The notes: generated by a model not told the origin, from the sequence alone. Positions 10,269-22,000 are shown, numbered from the stretch's first letter. The stretch: 64,000 nt of DNA from an uncultured Rivularia sp. (GCA_963665115.1 OY762007.1:7168001-7232000), one strand, 5' to 3'. Program-made: numbers and translations.

Positions 10269-10521
10269 TGTTTTCTAACCCCAATTTATTAACTTCTATA
10301 AAAAAAGTAACAGAATAGTTTTTAAAACTGTATTTGTGCTATTACCTAATTTTAAAATTAAGTTGCTATAAAGTTTAAGCATTTCTAAGAGACGATATAG
10401 ATAATTTCCGAAGCGTTCTATAAAGAATTAATATTATGTATTGATTTGAAGAAATAATTGAGTACTCATTTCTGGCATATTAAGAAATAAGTAATCAGAG
10501 TTTTATAACGATTTATTTTTA

Positions 10522-11715
10522 ATGACTTCTACGCTCCCTCACAAAAAAGCCAAAGCCCTCAAACCCGGAAGCCCTCGTCCTGCAAAGGAACTATGTAGCG
10601 ACTGCGGACTTTGCGATACATATTATGTCCATTATGTCAAAGAAGCTTGTGCTTTTCTTAATCAACAGATAAAAGAACTTGAAGAACAAAGTCATTCTCG
10701 TTCCCGCAATCTTGAAAACTCCGACGAACTTTATTTTGGAGTTCAGCAAGAGATGATGGCAGCGCGGAAAAAAGAACCTATTCCAGGTGCCCAATGGACG
10801 GGAATTGTTAGTTCGATTGCCATTGAAATGCTCGAAAGTGGCATTGTCGAAGGCGTTGTTTGCGTGCAAAATACCAAAGAAGATCGGTTTCAACCAATGC
10901 CAGTTATTGCTCGCACGGCAGAGGAAATACTCGCAGCTAAAGTAAATAAACCTACTCTTTCACCAAATCTTTCCGTATTAGAACAAATTGAAAAATCGGG
11001 AATGAAGCGGTTATTGGTAATTGGTGTTGGTTGTCAAATTCAAGCTTTACGTGCAGTAGAAAAACAGCTTGGTTTAGAAAAGCTGTATGTATTGGGTACC
11101 CCTTGCGTTGATAACGTTACTCGCGCCGGATTGCAAAAGTTTCTCGAAACAACGAGTAAATCCCCCGATACAGTAGTGCATTACGAATTTATGCAAGACT
11201 TTCGAGTTCACTTCAAGCATGAAGATGGTTCGATTGAAACAGTACCTTTCTTTGGTTTAAAAACAAATAAACTCAAAGACGTATTTGCTCCTTCCTGCAT
11301 GAGTTGCTTTGACTACGTAAATTCACTAGCAGATATTGTGGTCGGGTATATGGGCGCACCCTTTGGTTGGCAGTGGATTGTAGTTAGAAACGAGCGCGGT
11401 AAAGAAATGCTCGACATGATAAAAGACCAAATTGATACCCAACCAGTAATGTCCCAAGGTAATCGTCAAGCCGCCGTACAGCAGAGCATTCCCGCCTACG
11501 ATAAAGGTGTGACTCTACCCATGTGGGCAGCGAAATTAATGGGCGTAGTAATTGAAAAAATTGGTCCCAAAGGTTTGGAATATGCAAGGTTTTCTATTGA
11601 TTCTCACTTCACCCGCAATTATTTATATACAAAGCGCAATCATCCAGAAAAATTAGAAGAACACGTTCCCGAATTTGCCAAGCGGATTGTGGAACAGTAT
11701 GAATTGCCAGATTAG
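10522..11715 (+). CDS. cvrA: Ferredoxin-dependent 8-vinyl (divinyl chlorophyllide) reductase, FrhB-like
   Basis: CSDCGLC, GAQWTGIVS, GVGCQ, GTPCVDN and SCMSCFDY motifs of the BciB/Slr1923 family. Confidence 0.85.
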   Translation: MTSTLPHKKAKALKPGSPRPAKELCSDCGLCDTYYVHYVKEACAFLNQQIKELEEQSHSRSRNLENSDELYFGVQQEMMAARKKEPIPGAQWTGIVSSIAIEMLESGIVEGVVCVQNTKEDRFQPMPVIARTAEEILAAKVNKPTLSPNLSVLEQIEKSGMKRLLVIGVGCQIQALRAVEKQLGLEKLYVLGTPCVDNVTRAGLQKFLETTSKSPDTVVHYEFMQDFRVHFKHEDGSIETVPFFGLKTNKLKDVFAPSCMSCFDYVNSLADIVVGYMGAPFGWQWIVVRNERGKEMLDMIKDQIDTQPVMSQGNRQAAVQQSIPAYDKGVTLPMWAAKLMGVVIEKIGPKGLEYARFSIDSHFTRNYLYTKRNHPEKLEEHVPEFAKRIVEQYELPD

Positions 11716-11824
11716 GTAATGGGAAATGGGTGATGGGGAGACAAGGAGAATTTTGACCTTTAACCTCAATTACTCCTAACTATCCTCAATGCCCCATGCC
11801 CCATTACCAATTACCAATTACCAA

Positions 11825-13054
11825 TTACCCATTCCCAATTGCTTCAATTGCTGCTTCTAGAGCGATCGCCACATGAGTCCAATGAGTTCCCCCCTGACAG
11901 TAAGCGATGTAAGGTTCTCTTAATGGTCCGTCGGCGGAGAATTCTGAGGTGCTGCCTTCGATAAATGTTCCTCCAGCCATGACTACTTTGCTTTCGTATC
12001 CGGGCATTTCGTCGGGGATGGGGTCTAAATAGGAACCGATGGGAGAATTTTGCTGTATGGCTTTGCAAAATGCAAGAAGTTTTTCTGGGGAACCTAGTTT
12101 AATTGCTTGAATTACATCGCCGCGAGGTGCGAAGGGTTCGGGTTTTACTGCATAGCCTAGCTTGTCAAATACATATCCAGTCAGATGGGTTCCTTTCATT
12201 GCTTCTCCTACCATCTGCGGGGCTAAGAATAATCCCTGATATAACAGGCGGAGTTGGTCAAATGTGGCACCTCCTTCTCTACCAATTCCCGGAGCCGTTA
12301 AGCGACAAGCTGCTGCTTCTACTAAGTCTTCGCGTCCGGCAATGTAGCCTCCAGCAGTGACGATGGTTCCTCCTGGATTTTTGATTAAGGAACCGGCGAT
12401 TAAATCTGCACCGACATGGGTGGGTTCTTGAGTTTCGATAAATTCGCCGTAGCAGTTATCAACAAAACAAACCGTGTTCGGATTTTGCTCCTTGACCGAA
12501 CGAACAATCTTCTGTATATCGGCAATTGAGAGACTAGAGCGCCAGGAATAGCCGCAGGAGCGCTGAATTAATACTAAACGAGTCTTATCCTCTATCGCAT
12601 GGCTCAAAGCTTGCCAATCTATCGTTCCCTCTGTAGTGAGATTCAATTGGCGATAGCTTATGCCAAACTCGATTAGTGAACCTTGATTTTTACCTCTTAA
12701 ACCAATGACTTCCTCAAGAGTGTCGTAGGGTGCCCCTGCCACTGCCAACATTTCATCGCCGGGACGAAGAACGCCGAATAATGCACAAGCTATTGCATGA
12801 GTTCCGGAAACAAACTGTACCCTTACAGCTGCGCTCTGTGCCCCCATTATTTGAGCAAAAACTTTATCTAAAGTGTCCCTGCCTAAATCATCATGACCGT
12901 ATCCCGATACGCCTGCAAAATGGTGTGCCCCTACACTATGATGGCGAAAGGCAGTAAGTACTCTTTGGAGATTTTGCTTGACCTTCTGGTCAATTCCAGA
13001 AAAAATCGTTAACAGTGCTTGTTCTGCTTTTTGCAGCTGTTCCAAGCTGTTCAT
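11825..13054 (-). CDS. PLP-dependent methionine gamma-lyase family / aluminium resistance protein (YnbB-like)
   Basis: GYGHDDLGR, VSGTHA, DNCYGEF, GSLIKNPGG and ELSADG-like motifs. Confidence 0.88.
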   Translation of the reverse strand: MNSLEQLQKAEQALLTIFSGIDQKVKQNLQRVLTAFRHHSVGAHHFAGVSGYGHDDLGRDTLDKVFAQIMGAQSAAVRVQFVSGTHAIACALFGVLRPGDEMLAVAGAPYDTLEEVIGLRGKNQGSLIEFGISYRQLNLTTEGTIDWQALSHAIEDKTRLVLIQRSCGYSWRSSLSIADIQKIVRSVKEQNPNTVCFVDNCYGEFIETQEPTHVGADLIAGSLIKNPGGTIVTAGGYIAGREDLVEAAACRLTAPGIGREGGATFDQLRLLYQGLFLAPQMVGEAMKGTHLTGYVFDKLGYAVKPEPFAPRGDVIQAIKLGSPEKLLAFCKAIQQNSPIGSYLDPIPDEMPGYESKVVMAGGTFIEGSTSEFSADGPLREPYIAYCQGGTHWTHVAIALEAAIEAIGNG

Positions 13055-13197
13055 TAGTAAAACCGTTCTTAAATAATAATTATGCGGATTGTGGCGCTAT
13101 GGGCGCTACGCTTTGCGTGAGATTCACGCAAAAAGCCCTGAAATGGGCATAACGGACGCGCAGATAATGGCTAATCAATTCTTAAACAGGTTACCGC

Positions 13198-14019
13198 ATG
13201 ACACTTGCTTCATCAACAACTAGAGGACCATTAAATTGGTTGCACATTACATTTTTCGTCGGTTTACATTTTGGAATTTTACTTGCCCTATTCCCCGCTT
13301 TTTTTAGCTGGAAAGCTGTTGGTGTCGCTTTACTGCTTTACTGGGTGACTGGAGGCTTGGGTATTACTCTAGGATTTCACCGTCTGATAACTCATCGCAG
13401 TTTTGAAACTCCTAAGTGGCTGGAGTATGTCTTAGCATTTTGCGGGACTCTGGCTTGTCAAGGAGGTCCAATTGCATGGGTTGGAATGCATCGCATACAC
13501 CATTTACATTCCGATCAAGAGTTAGATCCACATGATTCCAATAAAGGTTTTTTTTGGAGTCATTTACGTTGGATGTTTTACCACTCTCCAGCTTTTGATG
13601 ATGTTCCTCGCTTTACTAAGGACATCAAGGACGATCCATTCTACATATTTTTAGAAAAGTATATGCTACCAATCCAGTTCGCTCTGGGTGGATTGCTATT
13701 ACTTTGGGGTGGCTGGTCTTTTGTGGTTTGGGGTGTTTTTGTTCGTCTTATTTTTGTATGGCACTGTACTTGGTTTGTCAATAGTGCAACTCATAAGTTT
13801 GGCTATCAGACATACGATGCAAAAGACCATTCCACAAACTGCTGGTGGGTAGCTTTACTGACCTATGGTGAAGGCTGGCACAACAATCACCACGCTTTCC
13901 AATATTCTGCTCGTCACGGGTTGCAATGGTGGGAAATTGACCTTACCTGGATGACTATCCAAGTATTACAATTCTTAGGTTTGGCTACCAATGTCAAACT
14001 CGCACCAGTGAAGCAGTAA
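13198..14019 (+). CDS. desC: Delta-9 acyl-lipid desaturase
   Basis: GITLGFHRL, HRIHH and GEGWHNNHH histidine boxes. Confidence 0.93.
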   Translation: MTLASSTTRGPLNWLHITFFVGLHFGILLALFPAFFSWKAVGVALLLYWVTGGLGITLGFHRLITHRSFETPKWLEYVLAFCGTLACQGGPIAWVGMHRIHHLHSDQELDPHDSNKGFFWSHLRWMFYHSPAFDDVPRFTKDIKDDPFYIFLEKYMLPIQFALGGLLLLWGGWSFVVWGVFVRLIFVWHCTWFVNSATHKFGYQTYDAKDHSTNCWWVALLTYGEGWHNNHHAFQYSARHGLQWWEIDLTWMTIQVLQFLGLATNVKLAPVKQ

Positions 14020-14068
14020 TAAGGCTTTAATTATGCGGAAAGTTACTTTTCCGCACCAGATTTTGCAA

Positions 14069-14125
14069 GGTTCGTAGTAAGCGATTTATCGCTTAATCTC
14101 AGGAATAAATTCCTTACTACGAACC
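14069..14125. repeat. GTAG-type REP-like hairpin (family also at ~16790-16845, ~50689-50744, ~63241-63297)
   Basis: GGTTCGTAGTAA...TTACTACGAACC inverted arms downstream of genes. Confidence 0.7.
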
Positions 14126-14411
14126 CGTCAAAGTTAATCAAAGAGATTATTCCGGAACCGTGTTCAAAATCAAAAATTTAAAATCTTTTGATTGGCTGGG
14201 TTTAATTAACATTTATTTACCTCCGCTTAATAATTCTTACTTAAAGGAATAAGCATGGTATAGCTCGTTTTGATCGGAAAATCGAGCTTTTTCTTGCGGA
14301 AGTGGTGTTAATAAATTGATATAATCCTAAACGCGAACGTTACGAAACTTCGCAAAAAGCGACTATGCTAGTTGCTTGTATGCGGAATTTTTTTATTTAT
14401 AAAATTCATTC

Positions 14412-15470
14412 ATGACAACATCAGCAGTAAACACACAGAATAATTCACAGCCAAAACCGCCATCTGACTCCCAACTAAAGCTGACAGACGTGGTAAAAAG
14501 CCTTCCTCAAGAGTGTTTTGTACTAGATGCTCGTAAAGCTTGGTTTAGTGTAGTCAGTAATGTTTTAGCCGTTATTCTTGGCTACTTTTTTTTGGCGATC
14601 GCACCTTGGTATCTTTTACCGTTAGCGTGGATATATACAGGTACTGCTGCTACGGGATTTTTTGTCATCGGACATGATTGCGCTCATCGTTCATTTGCGA
14701 AGCGTCGTTGGGTGAATGATGTAGTAGGGCATTTATTTATGATGCCGTTGATTTACCCTTTCCACGGTTGGCGAATTAAGCATAACTATCATCATGCTCA
14801 CACCAATAAGCGGCTGGTAGATAATGCTTGGCAGCCAGTAGGAACTGAAGTTTATGAAAATAGTGGCATAGCTCTTAAATGGGCCTTTAAAAGGTTTTTG
14901 CACAACCGTTTGTGGTGGATAGGTTCAATCGTACATTGGGCGCTGCATCATTTTAATTGGAATCAATTTCGTAAGCAAGACCAAGCAGAAGTTAAACTTT
15001 CTGTGGCTGTAGTCGCTCTGTTCGCAGCTATATGCTTTCCTACCCTAATTGCAACAACTGGTATCTGGGGATTTATTAAATTCTGGTTTATCCCTTGGAT
15101 GGTGTACCATTTTTGGATGAGTACTTTTACTTATATTCACCATACCGCTCCAGATATCGCTTTTGTACCGGCAGATAAATGGGATGCACTAACAGCCCAG
15201 CTATCCGGTACGGTTCACTGCAATTACCCTCGTTGGGTAGAATTCCTGTGTCACGATATCAACGTACACGTGCCTCATCACATTTCCACAGCAATTCCTT
15301 CTTATAACCTGCGTCTAGCTCATAGCAGCTTACAAGAGAATTGGGGAAGCTATTTACATGAAGAATGTACGTTCTCTGTATCTTTGCTGAAGTACATAAC
15401 TGATAGATGTCACTTATATACTCCAGAGAATGAATATATTTCCTTCAAGGATTATCACGCACAGCAATAA
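14412..15470 (+). CDS. desA: Delta-12 acyl-lipid desaturase
   Basis: GHDCAH, HNYHH and HVPHH boxes; FWMSTFT and HCNYPRWVE motifs. Confidence 0.92.
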   Translation: MTTSAVNTQNNSQPKPPSDSQLKLTDVVKSLPQECFVLDARKAWFSVVSNVLAVILGYFFLAIAPWYLLPLAWIYTGTAATGFFVIGHDCAHRSFAKRRWVNDVVGHLFMMPLIYPFHGWRIKHNYHHAHTNKRLVDNAWQPVGTEVYENSGIALKWAFKRFLHNRLWWIGSIVHWALHHFNWNQFRKQDQAEVKLSVAVVALFAAICFPTLIATTGIWGFIKFWFIPWMVYHFWMSTFTYIHHTAPDIAFVPADKWDALTAQLSGTVHCNYPRWVEFLCHDINVHVPHHISTAIPSYNLRLAHSSLQENWGSYLHEECTFSVSLLKYITDRCHLYTPENEYISFKDYHAQQ

Positions 15471-15701
15471 TGAGTTCTGATTTTTTGAAGGACTTACATC
15501 TTTAACCCCCAAAAATGTATATTAATTGGGGGTTAACAATAAATAAGAATACAGTCATGAAATTGAAGGTAAGAGACTATTTTTTTTAGCGCATGACTAA
15601 TTTTTGTAATGCCTAATTTTTAAAGTTCAGTCTTTTATACAAATTGATTTTACTGACTTTAATTTGCTCAAAGTTCACTTTATATCCGGTAACTTAGCTC
15701 A

Positions 15702-16771
15702 GTGACATCTTCTACAATTAATACAGGCAATATTCCTCAAGATGCATCATCAGAGGAAATAACCAAACTTCCCTTTACTCTGGGGGATGTAAAAGCAGCA
15801 ATTCCAGCAGAATGCTTTCAGCCTCAAGTGTGGAAATCTCTGTTTTTCTTCTTCCAAGACATACTAATAATTGCTGGACTTTATGCTTTAGCCCATTACT
15901 TAGACTCCTGGTTATTTTTTCCCATTTTCTGGGTAATGCAAGGAACGATGTTCTGGGCTTTATTTGTAGTAGGGCATGATTGTGGACATCAATCATTTTC
16001 TCGTCACAAATGGTTGAACGATTTGATTGGACATTTATCTCATACACCGATACTTGTTCCCTATCATGGATGGCGGATTAGTCACCGAACTCACCACAAA
16101 AATACTGGTAGTCTGGAAAATGATGAAAGTTGGTATCCGATATCGGAATCAGCTTACAACGAAATGGATATAGTTGAAAAAATCGGCAGACACTATCTGT
16201 TTTTACTGGCTTATCCGGTATATTTATTTAAACGCTCCCCAGGAAAAACAGGCTCTCATTTTTCACCCAGCAGTCCCCCTTATTCAAACCCTCGGAAAAA
16301 TGGGATGTGATTACCAGCACCGTACTTTGGAGCGCAATGGTTGGTTTGCTGGCTTTCCTAACCTATCAATGGGGTTTCATGTGGTTTCTTAAGTACTACG
16401 CTGCTCCATACATTGTATTTGTAATTTGGTTAGATTTGGTAACATTTTTACATCACACCGAGCCAGATATTCCTTGGTATCGCGATGGAGAATGGACTTT
16501 TCTTAAAGGTGCGCTTTCCAGTGTCGATCGCGATTATGGTTTTATCAATCATATTCACCACGATATCGGAACTCATGTTGCTCACCACATTTTCTTAAAT
16601 ATCCCTCATTACAATTTGAAGAAAGCAACTGAAGCAATTAAGCCTGTTGTAGGAGAGTATTATCACAAAACTGACGAGCCAGTTTTAATTTCTCTTTGGA
16701 ATTCTTTTAGAAAATGCCACTTCGTTCCAAATGAAGGCAAAAAGGTTTATTACACGTATCACTCGAAATAG
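15702..16771 (+). CDS. desB: Omega-3 (delta-15) acyl-lipid desaturase, split by one frameshift in a C run at ~16275-16279
   Basis: GHDCGH, HRTHH and HVAHH boxes; correcting the C run restores SPLFKPSEKWDVITS. Confidence 0.9.
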
Positions 16772-17128
16772 GTGTAGCTGTGTAACAAAGGTTCGTAGTA
16801 AAGGCTTAAGCCTTCAATCAAAGGACTGAAGTTGTTACTGCAAACTATTATCAATCAATTGGTGCGTGACGGCAAAACTTATTTACAGCCCTTTGCAGCT
16901 AAATGAGGTACAAAGCTATATTCCGAAAGTCTTGTGGGATGGGCATCCCTGCCCGTCAGAATGTACTTCACCAAAACTAAATATGCTGTATCTCGTAATC
17001 TTTCGATAATTTATCGTAGCCGTCACACACCCTACAATTTGGAAATTTACGATAATAAAAAACCCGGTTTTTCCAAAAAACCGGGTTTCTGTATATGTTA
17101 AATCTTTGTCGAATCTTACGGTTGAAGT

Positions 17129-18247
17129 TTAGGAAACTTGGGCTGTAACTGTATTTATTTCCGGAGGATTGCCCATGATTCTTAACCAACGATAGTTAGC
17201 GGCAATTGCTTTTGTAAAAGTTGGGTATACGTTGTACTGCACATTGTATTCTTCACAGACTTGCGCTAATATCGGAGCAATTTCTGGATAATGTATGTGA
17301 CAAACATGAGGGAATAAATGGTGGACGGTTTGATAATTAAGCCCGCCCAGATACCAGTTTAAAAATTTGTTTTCTGGAGCAAAGTCAACTGTTGTTTTTA
17401 CTTGAGCAATTGCCCATTCATCATCAACTGTATTATCTGGTAAACTTGGTTCGAGAAACTCTGCTGGTTCTAACACGTGAGCAAGCATAAAAACATTGCA
17501 AATTATTATGCCATAAACCATATTTACGATACATAATCCGATAATTACTTCAATAGGACTGTATCCCAAAGCTAATGGTATACCTGCGTAAAGTCCCAAC
17601 CAAACAAATTTTGCACCTATTAAAGTCAATAATTCTAAGGTATTTGGTTTTGGGATATTATATTCGTAATATTTGCCTTTAAATAAAATAAGCTTGACAT
17701 CAGAAAAAGACCAATAAAATGGAATTATTGCATATACAAAGTTAATCAATAAATGCTGAAATTTATGATATGACTTATGCTCTCTTGCCGGAGACATTCT
17801 GACTAAACCACTACCATCAATTTCTACATCATGACCTAATATATTCGTATAGGTATGATGCAAATAATTATGACGAAATTTCCATAGATAGCTGGAAAGA
17901 CCTATGACAAAATCATAAGTTAAACCAATAGTATTATTAACCCATTTTTTCTTAGAATAACCGCCGTGGTTGGCATCGTGCCCTACACTAAAGCCTACAC
18001 CAGCAAAACCCATTCCCAGCATGATACAGCCAAGTATTTTCATCCACATTACTGGGGGAGAAAAAAGAATAAATATCCAGGAAAAAAATACCCATCCTAA
18101 GATAATTGCACTTTTGAAGTACATGGCAGGATTATCTCTGGGAGTAAGATTTTCAGACTTAAAATAAGCGTCAACTCGTTTATTTAATTCTTTTCTAAAG
18201 CCAATATTTTTGGCAAAAGTTACTCTGGGAGCTTGAGTTTGGATCAT
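17129..18247 (-). CDS. desD: Delta-6 acyl-lipid desaturase
   Basis: HDANH, HNYLHHTYTN and QTVHHLFP (front-end desaturase Q-box); F...L..RVDAYF N-terminus. Confidence 0.88.
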   Translation of the reverse strand: MIQTQAPRVTFAKNIGFRKELNKRVDAYFKSENLTPRDNPAMYFKSAIILGWVFFSWIFILFSPPVMWMKILGCIMLGMGFAGVGFSVGHDANHGGYSKKKWVNNTIGLTYDFVIGLSSYLWKFRHNYLHHTYTNILGHDVEIDGSGLVRMSPAREHKSYHKFQHLLINFVYAIIPFYWSFSDVKLILFKGKYYEYNIPKPNTLELLTLIGAKFVWLGLYAGIPLALGYSPIEVIIGLCIVNMVYGIIICNVFMLAHVLEPAEFLEPSLPDNTVDDEWAIAQVKTTVDFAPENKFLNWYLGGLNYQTVHHLFPHVCHIHYPEIAPILAQVCEEYNVQYNVYPTFTKAIAANYRWLRIMGNPPEINTVTAQVS

Positions 18248-18625
18248 AAAGAATATTTTCTCGCTTAAATTGGAAATTGATTTACAGCAAATTTCATATT
18301 TTTAAATTAAATTACATCTTGACGCGCAAGCATACCCCTGCTAGAAGAAGTTATTTTATTTAGAATTTGAAAATTGCTTTAAGCACATCTTACACATCTT
18401 ACACTCTCAACTTAAAAAGTCCTAAAAATCAGTTTTTTTAACCAATCATTAAACTAATTCGATTAGCATTTTTGTTTCTTCCGTACTTTTTTCATTAACA
18501 TAAAGGCAAAATCGATAAGTCTTACCTCGCTATTCAAGAAAAAATACACCCGATTTATTTGAGAATTCTCAAGGTGTAACGTTAAACTATTATATTTATC
18601 AAAAGTGTCTAAACTATCTGCCCGC

Positions 18626-19909
18626 TCAAATTCTTCCATTTCCTTGAACAATATGTTTAAGGGTGGTCAAACTTTCCAAACCAATCAATCCCCTACGATG
18701 TCCTTTTTGATTGGACATTCCTAAAAATACGGCATCTCCCCATAATGGATTTCGGCTGAAACGCGGGGAAGCATTTATGTATGTAGAAGCGCTATTTACG
18801 CCTAAAGCAAATTGTCTGCTTTCTTGATAAGATTCAGTCACAATACAGTCGGCGTGTCCGCTACTATATCGATTAATCCAATTAATTGCTGAATCTAAAT
18901 TTTCTACAAGCTTGAATGCAACTGTCTTAGTGAAATAAGCATTTCCCCATTCACTATCTTTGACTGGTTGCAATTGAGGAAATGATTCTCTTAACTCGTC
19001 ATCTCCCCTCAATAAAAAACCTTTTTCCTGCAAACTTTTTAACAAAGTACCGAATGAAGAAGATAAAGTTTGCCGGTTAATTAATACTTTTTCAATCGCA
19101 TTTACAGGATCTGGAGAACTTGCATGGCTCTCATTAATCATCCAGCGCACCATATCCACCAAATTACCATTTGGCGACCAGTATAGATAGCAATTACCCA
19201 TAGCCGATTTTAAGACTGGTGCTGTAGATTGACGTACTACCCGATGAATTAGACTGTTACGTCCGTAGGGAATCACTAAATTCAAATAATGCTCTTGACT
19301 AACTAATTCCTGGATTAACGTACCATGCTCTGCCGTAACCAACTCTATTGAGCCTACAGGTAATCTTGCTTCGGCAACAGCCATTTGGAGTACTTCAGCA
19401 ATGGCTGCATTAGAATGACTTGCTTCCGTGCTTCCTTTGAGAATAATGCTGTTGCCAGTCTTGATACACAAACCTGCGGCAATAGCTCCTAACTCAGGGA
19501 ATGCTTCATAAATAAATGCTATTACCCCCAGAGGTGTTGATTGAGAATAACTTTGTTCTTCACCAAGCTGGTAATCAGCAGTTCTCATTCGCCCCAGTGG
19601 ATCTGATAACTCCTCCAACCGTTGCAGAATTTTTACCGTCGAATCCAAACGTTCTGGAGTTAACTTTAGCCAATCCAAGACTAAATCTGGTACCGCCATT
19701 TCCCGGCAAGCTTCCAGATCCAAAGTATTAGCTTCTAAAATATCGTCAAACGAGCGTCCTAACGCTTCAGCCATAGCCATTAAAGCGCGACTGCGCTGCG
19801 CTCCTTTAGTGATGCCCAATTTAAGAGCAGCACCATGCGCGCGCTTAGCTATACGTAAAGCGTCGCCTTCTATCGCAATCGGTTGGGAATTTTCAGCAAA
19901 AGCATCCAC
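18626..19909 (-). CDS. proA: Gamma-glutamyl phosphate reductase paralog (ProA-like)
   Basis: ILEANTLDLE, PLGVIAFIYEA, KTGNSIILKG, SSGHADCIVT and NASPRF motifs; catalytic Cys motif altered (DPVNAIE). Confidence 0.8.
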   Translation of the reverse strand: MDAFAENSQPIAIEGDALRIAKRAHGAALKLGITKGAQRSRALMAMAEALGRSFDDILEANTLDLEACREMAVPDLVLDWLKLTPERLDSTVKILQRLEELSDPLGRMRTADYQLGEEQSYSQSTPLGVIAFIYEAFPELGAIAAGLCIKTGNSIILKGSTEASHSNAAIAEVLQMAVAEARLPVGSIELVTAEHGTLIQELVSQEHYLNLVIPYGRNSLIHRVVRQSTAPVLKSAMGNCYLYWSPNGNLVDMVRWMINESHASSPDPVNAIEKVLINRQTLSSSFGTLLKSLQEKGFLLRGDDELRESFPQLQPVKDSEWGNAYFTKTVAFKLVENLDSAINWINRYSSGHADCIVTESYQESRQFALGVNSASTYINASPRFSRNPLWGDAVFLGMSNQKGHRRGLIGLESLTTLKHIVQGNGRI

Positions 19910-19925
19910 AGTAATAATCAGCGCC

Positions 19926-20334
19926 TTAACGTCTGTAAGTCAGCCAAACCATAAGTGCAGGCAAAATAGCCAATAACACTGCTACCAGTGCCCAAGTTAT
20001 AATGCCAGGTCCACTGGCTAAACGCAATGCTAACGGTAGCCATATAATCACTAGCACGAAAATAATACCTAGTGCTACTGGTAAATAACTTTCTCCCAGA
20101 CGTGGATGAACAACTTTCCATCCAGAAACCCGTCCAGCGCCAAGCTCGTTTGTAGGGATAAGTAGTAGAAAGCTGCTCCAAAACGCGAGCATTTTCCTCT
20201 ACCACGAATATCTGCTGACAGCGATCGCAACCGAAGGCTTCTGTCAGGGTAATCGGAATTAAGCGTCCCCGACGGCGACAGGGACAGGGGTATTCGTTGT
20301 TGAAATCGATTTTTTCGGGCTTTTGTGGTTGCAC
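19926..20334 (-). CDS. Zinc-ribbon membrane protein, split by a +1 T at ~20127
   Basis: CPC...CDRC followed by two TM helices; removing one T restores WRWTGSGWKVV. Confidence 0.7.
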
Positions 20335-20746
20335 TATACGGCTCTTTTTACAAGATCGCAGTTTACTAATAGGAATATTTTAATATTCCCTTTAATTTAC
20401 TATTCAGAGAAAAATGTTTGATACCGCAATTCTCTCTTCATAAATAATTTAAAATAAGCGAGCAGTTTACCCACTAAAATTTCTTTATATCATTAACCGT
20501 TAAAAGTATTACTCTTTCTATATACATATTTTGCATTACACAACAATAATTATTTAACTCTCGATCGTATAAACCATATTTAACAAACAAAGCCCTATGC
20601 TTTTATCATCATCCAGTGTAGTCCATCCCACTGAAAACAGAACGTTTATTTTTAATAAATGTAAATTTTCAAAACATATTGATAAACAAACTAAAAGATG
20701 CAGAAAAATTTTGTTTTTCTGCATCTTTTAAATCATTATTTCTTAA

Positions 20747-20818
20747 AGCGGGTGACGCGATTCGAACGCGCGACATTCACCTTGGCAAGGTGACGCTCTA
20801 CCACTGAGCTACACCCGC
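20747..20818 (-). tRNA. tRNA-Gly (GCC)
   Basis: GCGGGTGTAGCTCAGTGGTAGAGCGTCACCTTGCCAAGGTGAATGTCGCGCGTTCGAATCGCGTCACCCGCT folds as a cloverleaf with anticodon GCC; CCA not encoded. Confidence 0.97.
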
Positions 20819-21075
20819 ATTTAATTGCTAAATAACAATATCTCATATGCATTCATATTTGTCAACACATTTTTTTAGAAGATGGGAATTGGGCATGGGG
20901 TATGGGGTATGGGGTATGGGGTATGGGTAGAGGGGGTAGAGGGGGTAGAAAAATTATTAATTTACTACTCGCTACTTGCTACTTCTAACTCATAACTTCT
21001 CACCGAACACTTTTCCAATCTAAAATCCCTGCATCCTATGCCCAATCCCCAATTACCAATTACCAATTCCCATTC

Positions 21076-21655
21076 TTAAGCTTTCTCTTCAGATTGAGTT
21101 GGTAAGTTGTTTAAAGTTGCGCTTTTGAGAGAACCTGCCAAGGCTCCAGAGTTGGATGAATATTGCTGTTGCATACTGGGGACGCAGTTGACGCATCAAA
21201 CTAGCCATTTCTAAGGCATTCATTGCGTAATCCCAACCGTGATTGCTTTTGATTCCTGCTCTTTCTAAGGCTTGCTGCATGGTGTCGGCTGTTAAAACAC
21301 CGAATATAACTGGTACCCCTGTCTGAAAAGCTGCTGCGGCAATTCCTTTGGCAACTTCTGCGGATACATAGTCAAAGTGAGGTGTTTGTCCTTTAATTAC
21401 TGCACCCAAGCAAATTATCGCGTCGTAACTACCCGAAAGTGCTAACTGTCGCGCTACCAAAGGTACTTCAAAGCTTCCAGGCACCCAAACATAATCAACT
21501 TGAGAGCCGTGGGGATTAGTATCAATACCGTGACGCTTTAAACAATCTTGACATCCTTCCACCAGCTTGGTGGTTACTAGATCGTTAAATCTACCAATTA
21601 CTAATGCAAAACGTAGGGGTTCTGTTTGAGCAAACGTTCCCTCGAAAATTGCCAT
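21076..21655 (-). CDS. ribH: 6,7-dimethyl-8-ribityllumazine synthase; tail probably frameshifted at the G run ~21178-21181
   Basis: [26 protein letters not shown] and QALERAG motifs; removing one base gives the tail [10 protein letters not shown]...QSEEKA* ending at 21076. Confidence 0.93.
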
Positions 21656-22000
21656 AATTACCTCTTTATATATAATCAGTTATCAGTTATCAGTGACCAG
21701 TTAACAGCGAGCAGTCAACAGTGACCAGTATTTACCTTTCATGATAGGTTTGTCAGTTAACAGCAAACAGTAGTTAAAATAATAAGAACAGATTTGGATT
21801 TCTGACGCAGAATAAAAGCTCTTGTTCTGATTCTCGTTACTAATAAACTTTATTAATATAATTTAATAAGGTAAAAGGTAATACACTAACTTTTTAATTA
21901 CTGGTAACTGCTCGCTGAAAAAGAGCAGAAGATTAGCCACTTTATAAGCGGTATTCCTCTGCTCCTATAAAATTTGTCGGCTGATGGTGAAAGCGGTGGC

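Noticed and set aside
20747..20818. tRNA-Gly as a prophage or island attachment site
   Set aside because: No integrase nearby, no duplicated tRNA 3' end noticed, and flanking genes are core.
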